62,948 nucleotides of DNA, filler included, from Basidiobolus ranarum (GCA_040143965.1; 50 parts of 50 records of this genome joined end to end with filler, not necessarily neighbours in it); one strand, 5' to 3'. Shown: positions 24,038 to 37,809, counted from the whole stretch's first letter. Notes: generated by a model not told the origin, from the sequence alone. Program-made: numbers and translations.

Positions 24038-24563
24038 AAAGGGTCTTGGCTAGCCCTTCCTTTACTTGTTGTGCAACACTGGTAGCGGCCTCATAGAATC
24101 CACGGTGAACCTTAGTATGAGGGTACTCCTTTGGGTATACAAATGACCGGGGAATGAAGTCGAAGTCCAAGATCCAGTTTTCAAGGTTGGAAGAACTAAT
24201 TCGATTGTTAAATACTTTGAGCTTCTGAAGAAGTGATTTAAAAGTAACTTACCCTCTGTAGCTAACAACAATCAACTTGTCTTGTTCATTGTATCCGATA
24301 TACCCAGCCATCTCGGTTGTGCTGTTTTGGAAGTAGGTGGTTACGTTGAAGCTACCAGTACAGCGAGGCCCACATGACCAATCAATGATTTTATCTTCGT
24401 GGCAGTAAGCGACAGAAGCATATCTGGCTGACTTCTTAAGCATTGACAGGGTGGAGCTGTCAATTGCTTCATATGGATCGGCAACAGAGTGAGAATTTGA
24501 GTCGCTCCAAGGGAAGGCAGCGGCTAAGCCGAGGAAGAGAAGGCCAAAGCTTTGAGATAGCAT
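24038..24563 (-). CDS. Secreted class-3 (fungal triacylglycerol) lipase, 5' part; exons 24563-24253 and 24195-24038, 57-nt intron
   Basis: Signal peptide; YASVAYC, WSCGPRC, GYIGY...IVVSYRG|SSNLENWILD...KVHRGFY after splicing a GTAAG...TAG intron. Confidence 0.93.
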
Positions 24564-27500
24564 CGTGTAATGAAGATGAGTAAATAAGCAGCATTATTTA
24601 TATGCAATGATGGCTAACTGCTTCTGCTCTCTTGCAGTATTCCAGTTGGAATAGTCAAGGCAAACGGTGCTTACACCCTCTATCAGCGTGTTAAACCCAG
24701 TAGATAAGAACCAAATTTGGATAAATTGTTGGAGGATTTGGAAAACAAACTCAGCAGTTTTTTCGTGGCCTAAACGTGGCTTTGAATAGATGTATCTAGA
24801 CTTGACCTTATTCAAAATGACTTTTAGAATGTCTGATGATGGAAGGAGTGTAATCTGATATACTGCATGTTATATGGAAACTACCGAAACTATGCTATCT
24901 ACCCTAGCTTCGGAATAGCCCCTTGTGCATCAGTATCAGATAGACTAGTCTTTTCTTTAAGCCAATCATCATTTGTACCCTGAATAGGTGCCATAAGAAC
25001 CTCCGTAAGTTAGGGTAACCCTAAGTAAGTTCTTCAAGGGATTAGAAAGCACAAATTCATGAAAATAGAATGATGAGTTATTTCTGTTAAAAGCACATAT
25101 ACACATTGTGGTTACTAAAATACCCGTTTAGCGGTTGAGTGTAGGTAATTAATCATGCTGCTATTTACCCATTGGAAGAGGTGATTAATGGAAGAGGTGA
25201 NNNNNNNNNNNNNNNNNNNNNNNNNNNNNNNNNNNNNNNNNNNNTTAATTAATTAANNNNNNNNNNNNNNNNNNNNNNNNNNNNNNNNNNNNNNNNNNNN
25301 CATTGGGGTTTGGTATTACCTTCTTATCTTAGACGAACTATTGGCTTTCAATGGTGTGGAATATAAAGACATTCCCACAAACTGTTGATATGAACAGGTT
25401 ATCGTTGATGTATCTCTACCGAGTCCAGTCATTTATCAATGCACATACGAAGGTAGTCACTACTATATCAAATGCAGGAACGAGTCTAATGAAACTAGCA
25501 CTCAACATACATGCTAAGTTTAACCGACCACATTGTAAAGTTTTTCGCCTTGTTTCTAATACTGAAGTACAAGTCAGTGTTTATTCCCTTAAGCAAACAT
25601 ATTGAGCAGGTATTGTTTTGAAAATAGTGGAACTCGATAGTATTGCCACAGAATGAGTACTTTTTAAAAATCACTCATTGGAGAAGAATAATGAACGCAT
25701 GGTGTAATATCGTTATCGAACATCTGTCCAAGTATACTAACTACTATCTAATAGATGTAAAGCGGGATAGCACTTACTGAGGTATCATTAGCCTATTCCA
25801 TAGTAAATCGGGATGTGTTCTACCATAACTTCAATACATGAATTTATTGTGACAGCTGCCTACAATACTATATATACTGTGTTCTTAATCACTGATTCAT
25901 AGGTTATTGTAAAGGTAGAGAAGTTATGATCCATTTCTACCGAACCAAACCCTCTTTGATTCCTGTTTAACATTATGATTATCTGGTTAATCTAATCCAT
26001 AATCATAACTATATTGATTCTTTCATACGAAATTCAAATCAGGTGGAATTGTCTTATCTCTGACTTATGCGGCTGAACGTTACATCTGTACTAATATAGT
26101 ATAAACAGATGGTATGTATGATCTACAATGCTCTCAATATATAGTAACGTTTGATAAGAAATTGTCCGGTTTCTACTATAGTTAGAAATGTGGATTGTAA
26201 TTAGGAGAAATTCAGCAAACTATTTTCTAACTGGCCGAGAAACTCGATTTATTGTAACATAAAGGTAGACGGTCAACACCAGACTGAATGTCAAGCTGAA
26301 TGTTCTTCTTCTGAAGCCACTTTCTGCATACTTGCACTGCGTTTTTCCCTTCATACTTTTGAAAATACTCCTCAAGCACTTTGACTATTTTTGTACGTCC
26401 TTGTAGTGTGACACTACTGAGGGTGCTTTGCGGTGTTTGTGCGGCTTTTTGCTTGCCTTTACNNNNNNNNNNNNNNNNNNNNNNNNNNNNNNNNNNNNNN
26501 NNNNNNTTAATTAATTAANNNNNNNNNNNNNNNNNNNNNNNNNNNNNNNNNNNNNNNNNNNNGGGTATCTGCCAGATAGCTTGAAGAATGTTGATTCAGC
26601 AACATTAATACAATGGTGTGCTTTGATGGAGATATTGACACAAACTTGTGTTGGGTATGAGCTAAACCTTGGGAATGAAGAACTCTATGAAAATATTCAG
26701 GAGATTATATCCAAGAGACTAGGGATTTCAAAGGTGACAAATTAGCATTCCAGTGGTGATTGTGTAAAATTGGAGTTATGTTTTTTGCACATGTCTTAGT
26801 CCATAATTCTCTGAGATTTTAGCTAATAATGTGCAACTATTTTGCAACATCTTGAAATTTCACTCCTGAAACTGACAAAATTGATTAAAATCAAATCTAA
26901 CTTGACAATTGTATGAAGGTAAGTAAATGGTCAATCCTAAATGGATTAACATTGTGATGGTTTTCCTACAATAACAATCCTCAAATTTCTGTTAGGGTAC
27001 CATTGGTACTGGAATAATAAAGGTCAACATCTAGCAGCAAGTCCTCAAACTTGTCTGGACTTATTGGTTTGACTAAAGTTGCATTTTGACCTACTCCATT
27101 CTGGTCATAAAGCTGTTGTAACTCCACAGCATCTTGACTTTTGGCAGTGTTACCAAAACTTTGAGGCAAACTACAGTCAGTGGACTCAATGGGCAAAACT
27201 AAGTCAATTTAGTGCAGTTATTACTGTTGTTATATACCAGTCTTTGTGCAGCTGGTGGCTGTGTACAGTGACTATGCTTGGGATTATTTTTTCTATGAGC
27301 CCTCCAGCTTTCATAGCACCAGAATTGGTAACAATCATAGCAGGGCTTCTTTAAACATTTGTGTTGCGGCATGAGAAGGATATTGTAGAAAAGAGAACAC
27401 CTCCCATGTAAGGGTGATATTTTAGGTATAGCCCATTACTATCATCAGCTGATTCAGAGATGGTGTCACAGATGAATCATCAAGGGATTTACAAGATGTT

Positions 27501-29085
27501 TCAGAGAATGGATGGCAATATTGATTTATTATAAGCTGTTTTTATGCAATTTAGTTATATCAAGTTTGCCATCTGAAAACTTCAATGCCATTCAAAATGC
27601 ATTCAAAATCTGAATCCAAGTTGGCTTCCAAGCCAAAGCCTGCTGGCACAAAAGGAAAAAAAACAGCAAGAACAAAGGACTTAATTGATGAGCAGTCTAG
27701 CAATCCACTATTCACTTTGGAAGTNNNNNNNNNNNNNNNNNNNNNNNNNNNNNNNNNNNNNNNNNNNNTTAATTAATTAANNNNNNNNNNNNNNNNNNNN
27801 NNNNNNNNNNNNNNNNNNNNNNNNAAGAGATATAGCATTGTAGCAGGAAAGTATAGAGGAAAATCATTTTGTGGGCCTCAAGCAAAGTTAGGCAAAGTAG
27901 TCAAAATCTTGATTAATTCTCAATACATCCATACTGAAAGATATCAATTGAGAGCTCTAAACTTAAGACACTATGAATAAAGCTTTCATCATCTTTTGAA
28001 TGTGCAATAATGTCCAAAAGTACTTTTATTAAACATACCACAAAAGTAAAGTAATCTGTTTCCAAAATGGTAAATAACATTGTGCCGGATAGTGCCCCAT
28101 CATGCCAATTTGTGCGGGCACACTTTTTAGCTGGCCTGATCTGGCTCAATAAAATGGAGCAAGTCTATTATAAGTTGTTGCTAAGCAATTTCATTACACC
28201 AAGTTTACTATCTGAAAATTTCAATGCCATTCAAAAAGCATTCAAATTCTAAGTCAAAATTGGCTTCAAAGCAATAGCCTGCTGGCACACAAGGAAAAAA
28301 ACTATAAGAACAGAGGACTTTAATGATAAGCAGTTCAGCAATCCACTATCCACTTTGGAAGGCACTTGGATTACTCATGAACATCACCATGAAAATATAG
28401 CAGAGCAGAATATATATTGGACCATTAAGCCTAAATAACTACCTGAAATTGCTTGGGCACATGCAAGTTGAAATCTCATAAGAAAACCAGCAAACCAAAA
28501 AACTCTGAATGTCAGAGCTGCCATCATTTACTCCTATGTTAAGTGGTTTAACATTTTGGAGACTTTGCAGAATCTTGCACAAAATCACTTGGATTTGAGC
28601 CAATTGTGGAAAAACCAAAATCCAGGCATTACTCTGAAGGTTTGAGACTTATTTCATGTTTAATATCCAAAGTTTTTGCTAGTAAATGGCAATTTGGCTA
28701 GTATAGGGCTATTCATGAAACATCTCAAAAATGTACACTATTATTGACTTGAAAAAGAAAGAGAAGCAGCTAAAGAAGTAATGGAAGAGCACAAAGTCAT
28801 TAAACCCAAGGGAAATGCAAAGAAGCCAGTGAGTCCAGGCTCTACTGTCCCACTTACTAAATTCTGCACACCATTACAACGAGCTGCAGTTTCAGAGTCA
28901 TATATACTGGCAAAAAAGCTTACTATCACCATAGAACCAGGTCCACCAGTTGAAAGCGGGCTAAATTTGGAAATGGTTCCAACACNNNNNNNNNNNNNNN
29001 NNNNNNNNNNNNNNNNNNNNNNNNNNNNNTTAATTAATTAANNNNNNNNNNNNNNNNNNNNNNNNNNNNNNNNNNNNNNNNNNNN

Positions 29086-30246
29086 CCCATACTACCAATG
29101 ATTGTAGAACTTTAGCCAACCAAGCAAACAAGTCAAACTCAACATCTGGTAAGCCAAACCAACCAACCAACTACCAAGACAGAAAATCCCTATGCTGATG
29201 ACCGCTGCTTTAAATGAAATCAACTTGCTCATAGAGCACCTGCATGTCCATAGAACAAAGCACCTTTTGCTAAACTCACCCAAGTCTCTGAGGAATCATC
29301 ATGTCATCCAGATTATACTCCTGCAGAAGATTTACAAGTTTTAAAGATGCTTATCAAGAACTCATGGTACAAAACTACAAAAATCTCTTTGACTGCTCAG
29401 CCTAAATTGCCACTGTCAAAGTAAAGAAGCAATCAATCAACCACCTTAATGCTATTGAAGTACCCTTAATACTCAATAGTCACCAATACATAGCACTATT
29501 GGATACTGGATCTATCAACTCTGTTGTCTCACCCACAGTAGTTGAAGAACTCAATTTGGATATAGAAAAGCAACCTGGAAATATTATTCTTGCTGCTAAA
29601 CCTGTTTCTGCCCCAAGAATTGGGGTTACCAACTCTGTCACTATTCAATGTGGAAATTCTCAAATTTCATACCACATGGAAGTTATGAATATCTCTCATG
29701 GACCATTAGTTGTTATTGGTCTTGATATATTCACCCAACTTGGCTTCAATATAGGAGGACTACGAGTCTCTTATTCTGGATTAAGCAAATCTTTACCACC
29801 TGATTCTGATCACAAACCAGAAGTAATCTTGGAAAATCCTGAACAAGAAAAATTATCACCTTCCTTCCAAGCATATGCCAACTCTGTCAAAGTAGCCATT
29901 CAACCTGCTATTGAGAGAAATCAGAAAATCCCAAAGACATTTTCTGCACTATACCACAGTCTCTAGTTATGTTGGAAACACAACCTGGAGAAACAACTTG
30001 GAGAAGACAATATCCAATTCGACATATATTACAACCTTTAGTTGATGAAGTAGTACAGAAATGGGCAAATAATGGCATTATCACTCAAGCACCTATCAAC
30101 TCTCCCTTCAATGGCTATTTGACTTCAGCACCAAAGAAGGATTCCAAAGGAAATCTTATGCCAGAAAAACCTTGTTCAGAACCAAGACCTCTAAACTACT
30201 ACAGCATGTTAAAATTCCTATCCTTAGGAGCAATGACATCTTTTCC
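29086..30246 (+). pseudogene. Ty3/gypsy gag knuckle, aspartic protease and RT start (second lineage)
   Basis: Decayed CCHC near 29205; ALLDTGSINSVV; WRRQYPI...VDEVVQKW...GII. Confidence 0.85.
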
Positions 30247-30910
30247 NNNNNNNNNNNNNNNNNNNNNNNNNNNNNNNNNNNNNNNNNNNNTTAATTAATT
30301 AANNNNNNNNNNNNNNNNNNNNNNNNNNNNNNNNNNNNNNNNNNNNAATATCTCTATATCTATATAACAAGTATGTCTTATTACCCCCACTTATCTATTA
30401 TATCTTATTACACAAACTTCTGAATATCTCAAACAATTGATTTACTTTTCTACTATAAAAGTCACCATATACTCTTGAGAATAAACTAGCTAAAACACAT
30501 TATCATAAGTTGCTTCTGATACCCAAAGTCTAACCTCATTATGTCAAGATCCTCCAACAATAACTTGTCATATACTCCATATTTTAACATAGTACTTTTC
30601 ACACTGCTGAATCAGTGTCCAAATGAGAGTTCTTATGATACAAAGATGAGTACATGAATCTTAGTGACACCATACACATTGAGTTAAAGGCACTTTGTTC
30701 TTTTTTAACCTGGAGTAGAACTTTGGTTTCAGATAGTTTTGCATTATTTTCTTCTCCTACAATAGTGTGCCAAAGTCCTTTTTCTTGCAGCAGCATTTTC
30801 ATTTTATCCCAACTTGATAATTGGTTCCATCCAATTTTTCAGAAGAGGGAGAAGTTACATAAATTTGAAAAGTAGACATTACAGTGAGTGCAAGCTTGGT
30901 GCTCATAACC

Positions 30911-31255
30911 TGTTAAAGTGTTTGGGAGCCTGTTGGAAGTGGTTTGAATAATTAGAGAAATTGGTGGTTTTGACTTGTTGATTTATTGAGTATTCAGTTA
31001 ACATTTGTAGTTTTGTCAAGATGAAGACAAACTAACATGTAGAATGTGCTAAAGAAAGTTCCAGAAACATGTGCACAAAGTTTGGGGCTTCTAGCACAAG
31101 TTTGAAAAGTCTATATATCTGAGAACTAAGTAGGTAAAAATATTCCAAGTAAATTCCAATTGAGAGTAATGGATGAGATCTCAGTGAATTATAAGATAAC
31201 TAAGCACTTAGCTGTATATGACTATATAGGTGCTTAGGCAATGGTAATTTCAACA
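30911..31255 (-). repeat. Copia LTR family A (5' LTR), followed by PBS and gag remnant
   Basis: TGTTGAAAT...TTTAACA, ~345 bp; many copies in the window. Confidence 0.9.
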
Positions 31256-31607
31256 CTATCCAACACTCTTTGGCATGATCAATTTCAATCACAACTACTC
31301 TGATGTATTGATATAAGGTTCAATAAATCCTTGCCCCATGGAATAAGATGAATGTTTAATTTGATGGTTCATTACATAACAATAACTGGGCATTGATGTT
31401 AAAGTATTTGGGAGCCTGTTGGAAGTGGTTTGGAGAATTAGAGGAATTGGTGGTTTTCACTTATTGATTTATTGAGTAGAAAGTTGACATTTATAGCTTT
31501 GTCAAGANNNNNNNNNNNNNNNNNNNNNNNNNNNNNNNNNNNNNNNNNNNNTTAATTAATTAANNNNNNNNNNNNNNNNNNNNNNNNNNNNNNNNNNNNN
31601 NNNNNNN

Positions 31608-32538
31608 TTATGTTTCTATTGTGACACATATGATCACTTGCACCAGAATCTAGAATCCATACATCAGCAGAGTCATTTCCTGATTTAGAGGTTGCCATAA
31701 GAACATAGTGTTCATTTCATCTTTTAGTGGTGTTACATGCTTCCTTTTTCTTTGAAACCTACTTCTTCTTTGATCTGCAGTAACATGCTATATGTCCCAG
31801 TTTTCCACATTTGTACATTTTACAGTGCTCCTTTCTGGTTGGCTATTTTGAGAGTAAAATACTTGTGTAGTTTTTGCTTTGTCTGCAAGCTAACTTTTGT
31901 CTTTCCTTTTAAATTCTTCTGGACATAGACAAGAGATCAGATCATGCTGAGAAAGCATATCCCCAATTGCATCCAAAGTGAGTACAAGGGCTGAATATGA
32001 TTCAGGGAGACCATTGATTATGGTAAGAGTTATGTCTATTTCAGGTACTTCATAACTCACTGATTCCAGTTGTTGGACCAGTTTCTTGAAACCATTTACA
32101 TATGTCACAATCTCTGAATCCTCAGACATACAAGAGTTTATGAATTTTCTTTGTAGCATCATCAAGTGAGCAAGGCCTTTTTGCTCATGATGTTCCACTA
32201 GAATTTCCCATGCATTTTTGGCAGAGACAGTGTCTCTGACTAGCATAAGTTGTTGTGATCACAGTCTTAGACATATTTCCCTAAATGCCAATCAGTCTTT
32301 TTCTTTGAAGGCTTCCCTGACTTCTTTACATGTTGGCTTCTTTGATTCAGTGTCAGAATCTGTACTTTCTTCTTCAGAAGTTCTTGCTTCTTCATCTGGT
32401 TGAACTACTTCCCAGACATGTTTCCCATCAAGCACAAGTTGCATCTTGAATTGCCATTAATGGAAATCTTTCCCATTGAATGTTGGAATATAGTAATCTC
32501 CTTTTGGGAAGAAAACTCTACTACACTTGCTGCCACCA
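31608..32538 (-). pseudogene. Copia gag and protease start
   Basis: AWEILVEHHEQKG, IINGLPESYSAL, WILDSGASDHM. Confidence 0.9.
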
Positions 32539-32768
32539 TGTTGGAGGATCTTGACACAATGGGGGTAGACTTTGAGTATTAGAAGCAACTTATGATAGTG
32601 AGCTTTGAGTTACTTTATTCTCAAGAGTATATGGTGACTTATATAGTAGAAAAGTAAATCAATTGTTTGAGATATTCAGCAGTTTGTGTAATAAGATATA
32701 ATAGATAAGTGGGGGTAATAAGACATACTTGTTATATTGATATAGAGATATTCCTATTGAGAATATAG
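32539..32768. repeat. LTR family C, partial (TGTTGGAGGATCTTGAC end)
   Basis: Same sequence at 3466-3701 and inverted at 30347-30559. Confidence 0.7.
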
Positions 32769-32868
32769 NNNNNNNNNNNNNNNNNNNNNNNNNNNNNNNN
32801 NNNNNNNNNNNNTTAATTAATTAANNNNNNNNNNNNNNNNNNNNNNNNNNNNNNNNNNNNNNNNNNNN

Positions 32869-34029
32869 CTACAAAGAAAATTCTTAAACTCTTATATGTC
32901 TGAGGATTCAAGTATTATGACATACATAAATGGTGTCAAGAAACTTGCCCAACAACTGGAATCAGTGAATTATGTGATACCTGAAATAGACATAATTCTT
33001 ACCATAATTAATGGTCTCCCTGAATCATATTCAGCCCCAGTACTCACTTTGAAAGCAATTGGGGATAAGCTTACTCAGCATTATCTGATCACTTATCTAT
33101 GTCAAGAAGAATTTAAAAGGAAAGACAAAAGTCAGCTTGCAGATGAAACAAAAACCACACAAGCATTTTATTCTCAAAATAGCCAATCAGAAAGGAGCAT
33201 TGTGAAATGGTACAGATGTGCAAAGCTGAAACACATAGCACATTATTGCAGATCAAAGAAGAAATGGGTTTCAAAGAAAAAGGAAGCATATAACACCACT
33301 AAAAGAGGAAATGAACACTATGTATTTACAGCAACCTCTAAATCAGGAAATGACTCTGCTGATGTATGGATTCTAGATTCTGGTACAAGTGATCATATGT
33401 GTCACAATAGAAACATAATGCATGACTGTAAGGAAATAGAACTTCTGGACATCACAGTAGCTAGAAGAAACAAACTGGTTGCATATGGAATGGGAAAGGT
33501 CACACTTGCCTTATAAATAAGTAAAACCAAAAGTGTAATGGTAACCTTGGAAGATGACTTATATATTCCATCATTTACAACAAATTTATTTCAATTGGAG
33601 CAATTGAAAAGAAACATTATGATGTCAAATTCAGCCAAGGAAAAGTAGCCATATACAAATCAAAGGACTTGATAGTAGCAACTAGAACAAGAATTGGTAA
33701 TCTATATCACCTGGATATTGCACCAATAACTGAGACTGTTTCTATCTTTGCAACAATTACTTCTGGAAACTTGATGACTTGCCAGCAGTGCTGGGTCATC
33801 TAAACTATAATAGTGTGAAACTATTATATAAAAATAGCCTATGTATTGAAATGGATCTTGAGCCCTCAGATATTACTAAATGTGAAAGCTGTATTCAAGG
33901 AAAAATCACCAGAAAACCATTTCCAAAAGAAGGAGCTAGCAAAGCCAAAGATTTATTGCAACTTATTCATACAGACTTATGTGGCCCAATGCAAACTCTG
34001 ACACCAAGTAAGTGACAATATTTACTCAT
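32869..34029 (+). pseudogene. Copia gag, protease, GAG-pre-integrase and integrase start
   Basis: WILDSGTSDHMC, LGHLN...CESCIQGK, LIHTDLCGPM. Confidence 0.95.
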
Positions 34030-34129
34030 NNNNNNNNNNNNNNNNNNNNNNNNNNNNNNNNNNNNNNNNNNNNTTAATTAATTAANNNNNNNNNNNNNNN
34101 NNNNNNNNNNNNNNNNNNNNNNNNNNNNN

Positions 34130-34804
34130 TGGCAAGCAACAGTTGCCAATCAACTGTGGTAAAAGTGTAAGAAAACCAATAAACACCTGGTTGCTAAGAT
34201 TGGATTGAACTCTCCACTCCTCAATAATCAAAGCTGCTTCCTTTACTGTAAGTGTTATGAGTGGACTAATGTTTGCTGATAACAAAGAGTCCGTAACAAA
34301 ACCGTTGTCTTCTTCTTCAACTTCTGATATACTACCATTGGTACTGGAATAACCAAGGTCAATATCTAGCAGCAAGTCCTCAAAGTTGTCTGGACTTAGT
34401 GGTTCAACCAAAGTTGCATTTTGACCTTCATCATTCTGGCCATATAACTGCGGTAACTCCACAGTATCTTGACTTTTGGCAGTGTTACCAAAACTTTGAG
34501 GCAAACTACAGTCAGTGGACTCAATAGGCAAAACTAAAGTCAATTTAGTGCACTTATTACTGTTGTTATACACCAGGCTTTGTGCAGCTGGTGGCTTTGT
34601 ACAGTGACCATGCTTGTGATTATTTTTTCTATGAAGCCTCTGGCTTTCATAGCACAAGAATTTGTGACAATAATAACAGGGCTTCTTTAAATGTATGTGT
34701 TGCAGCATGAGAAGGATACTGTAGAAAAAAGAACACCTCCCATGTAAGGGTGATATTTTAGGTATAGCCATCAATATCATCAGCTGATTCTGAGATGGTG
34801 TCAC
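34130..34804 (-). pseudogene. CACTA transposase N-terminus (C-x2-C...H-x4-H motif)
   Basis: Open frame to the contig end; other copies run into the CPNGC Tnp2 region. Confidence 0.75.
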
Positions 34805-34919
34805 AGATGAGTCATCAGGGGATTGACAAGATATTTCCGGTAATGGATAGCAATTTTGGTTTACTTTAAGCTGTTTCTAAGCAATTTCATTACACCAAGT
34901 TTACCATCTGAATATTTCA

Positions 34920-35289
34920 ATGCCATTCAAAAAGCATTCAAAACCAAAGTCAAAATTGGCTTCCAAGCCAAAGCCTGCTGGCACAAATGGAAAAAAACCA
35001 GCAAGAACAGCAGACTTAATTGATGAGCAGTCTAGTGATCCACTATCCACTTTGGAAGGGATTAACATGCCAGAAACTAACTCAAGTAATGAAGAAGCAT
35101 TAATCAATTTACCAGATGTGTTCCTTTCCAGTGACAGTGCAAGTGAAGAGATTGTAATCCCCCAATTACATAGTAAATCAATAGTTGAGCAAAGTTCAAC
35201 CAAAACACCATCAAGACCATCAACTTCCAAAATGGCTACTTTGACCACTATTGAACAACCCTCCATAGAAAATTTGGATAGAATTATTA
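34920..35289 (+). CDS. CACTA accessory ORF2 N-terminus (basic, Lys-rich)
   Basis: The MPFKKHSKPKSKLASKPKP start is conserved in several copies. Confidence 0.65.
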
Positions 35290-35759
35290 NNNNNNNNNNN
35301 NNNNNNNNNNNNNNNNNNNNNNNNNNNNNNNNNTTAATTAATTAANNNNNNNNNNNNNNNNNNNNNNNNNNNNNNNNNNNNNNNNNNNNTCACATATATA
35401 TATAATATATGTTCTGATTTTGAGCTAAGTGATACTTGACTAAGTAATGTTAACTAACTTATATGTGATATATGAAATAGTTAGGTGGATAAAGATAGAG
35501 ATAATAAATATGATAAAGACAATAAACTTCAACAGTCTCAAATTAGCAAAAATCCCATGTTTCATAATAGAAGCAAACACATAGATATTAAGCATCACTT
35601 CATTAGAGAGACTATAGAGAATAAGTTTATTGACTTAACTTATTGTTCTATAGAAGAAATGATTGCTGATATATTAACCCAACCATTAGCTAGACAGAAA
35701 TTTGAGAAATTTAGACATTTATTAGGATTAGTTTATATGACTATTTAGTTGAGGGAGAG

Positions 35760-36290
35760 TGTTGAAATTAGCATTGGACTTGTTCCATTGTGCCAAGATT
35801 TATGGGACCTTGGATCAATATATAAGAGTAAATGTGATTGAAATTGATCATGCCAGAGGGTGATAGATAGTGCCAAATTGTGCCGCATAAATTTAGAATA
35901 CTTTATCCAATATGATATATACAGCACAATCTGGCACTATCACAGAGAACAAGTCCATTGCCTAAACACCTATATCATCATATATAACTTGGTAATTAGT
36001 TATCTTATAACTCACTAAGATATTATCAATTACTCTCAATTGGAATTTACTTAGAATTCTTTTACCAACTTAGAAGTTCTGAGATATATAGATTTTTCAA
36101 ACTTGTGCTAGAAGCCCCAAACTTTGCACACATGTTCCTGGGACCTTCCTTAACATATTCTACATGTTAGTTTGTTTACTTATTGACAAAACTATAAGTG
36201 TCAACTTTCTACTCAATAAATCAATAAGTTAAACCACCAATTCCTCCAATTCTCCAAACTGCTTCCAACAGGCTCCCAAATACTTTAACA
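35760..36290 (+). repeat. Copia LTR-A (3' LTR) after the RNase H end and PPT, carrying a MITE insertion
   Basis: SKHIDIKHHFIRE...ADILT at 35535-35748; PPT GTTGAGGGAGAG; TG...CA ends. Confidence 0.9.
35776..35956. mobile_element. 181-bp MITE, perfect TIR GGACTTGTTC/GAACAAGTCC, ATT TSD
   Basis: The empty site GCATTGCC is seen in other LTR-A copies (e.g. near 62809). Confidence 0.95.
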
Positions 36291-36689
36291 GATTTATGCC
36301 AGCAATTAGGAGACGGTAACCTTTGTTCTGATATCCTCATAGGATAGATTTAATTGCCTTGTTGTCCAATTTCCTATGCTGAGGTTTAGGAATATGAGCA
36401 TATATACTAAATCTAGAATCCATCCATCAGTAGAGTCATTTCCTGATTTAGAGGTTGCCGTAAGTACATAGTGTTCATTTCCTCTTTTAGTGGTGCTATA
36501 TGCTTCCTTTTTCTTTGAAACCCATTTCTTCTTTGATCTGCAGTAACTTNNNNNNNNNNNNNNNNNNNNNNNNNNNNNNNNNNNNNNNNNNNNTTAATTA
36601 ATTAANNNNNNNNNNNNNNNNNNNNNNNNNNNNNNNNNNNNNNNNNNNNCCTAACCACTTTTATCAGGTTGCAAGCCTTGGGCAAGCAG

Positions 36690-37809
36690 TTAAAGGAATG
36701 TGTACCAGTACTATTACCAACATTTTTGCATCCACAGAGAAGTTTGATGGTGAAGACTTTCACCTTTGGAAGTTCAAGATGCAAATGGTGCTAGAAGACA
36801 AGGACCTTTGGGGATTTGTTGCAGGAGAAGAAAAAGAGCCAAAGGGACACCAGAAGCTATCCTTGCCTTTTACAAGAAGCAGAGGAAAGCATTCTCTACA
36901 CTTTGTCTACCTCTCAGAGACTCTAAACTGAGGCACATACAGTCTGCCCAAAACATCCCAAATGCTGGGGAAATGCTTGAGAGATTATATAAGACTTAAA
37001 GTGTGGCTAATAAGTTATATCTTAGGCAAAAATTGTTCTCAATTCAGATGAATCCTGATGATTCTATGCTTAATGATATAAATTGGATAAAAACTATGGC
37101 AGATCAGGTCTCATCCATTGGAGCACCTCTAAATGAAGATGACTTAGTCATGACACTACTTGGGAGACTGCCAGAGAAGTTTGGGAACCTCATAATTGCT
37201 CTAGAATCAAGATTAGAGCCATTAACAATGGAATATGTTGGTGCTAGGCTTTTGAATGAGGAATTAAGGAGATCTAATTCTCAGGAAAAAAATGCAAAAC
37301 AGGCATTTTTTGGAGCTGTAAAACATCCAACAGGCTTCAGTAATGGTGCCCCTAATAGAAAATCAATCATCTGCAAGAATTGCAAGAAACCAGGCCATAT
37401 TATCAAAGATTGTGGAAAAGGATTTTTGCCAAAACCTAGAATTGGAACAAGCAAATCAAGTAAGCACTGATAGGAATCATATATTTGTGTCTACCCCATC
37501 AGTAACCACTAAAGAAGACTCAGAAACATGGTATATTGATTCAGGAGCTTCCCAGCATATGTCGAACAGGATATATTGGTTTTCCAGCTTAAAACCAATC
37601 AAACAAGGAAAGTCAATTTAGACGATGACCATGCACTAGGTGTAGTTGGTAAAGGCTCAGTTGTACTCAATTTGACTAAAATTTAGCTACACCATCTGCA
37701 AAATTGGATGATGTACTCTATGTACCAAATATAGCCAAGAAGCTACTCTCAGTGAGCCAAGCAAAATCTCAAGGACTCAATTTTTTGTTCAGTAAGGCGG
37801 GATGCACTA
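36690..37809 (+). pseudogene. Copia gag and protease (another family)
   Basis: EKFDGEDFHLWKFKMQ, CKNCKKPGHIIKDC knuckle, WYIDSGASQHM. Confidence 0.95.

Noticed and set aside
25010-25024. TTAGGGTAACCCTAA palindrome as a telomere fusion
   Set aside because: Only one unit per side; chance or a transcription-factor site is equally likely
25301-26270. CpG-retaining unique sequence with an 84-aa ORF (25351-25605)
   Set aside because: No recognisable motif, signal peptide or splice structure; a gene call cannot be supported
34901-35266. Recurring ORF MEGCSIVGKVAILEV
   Set aside because: Antisense shadow of accessory ORF2
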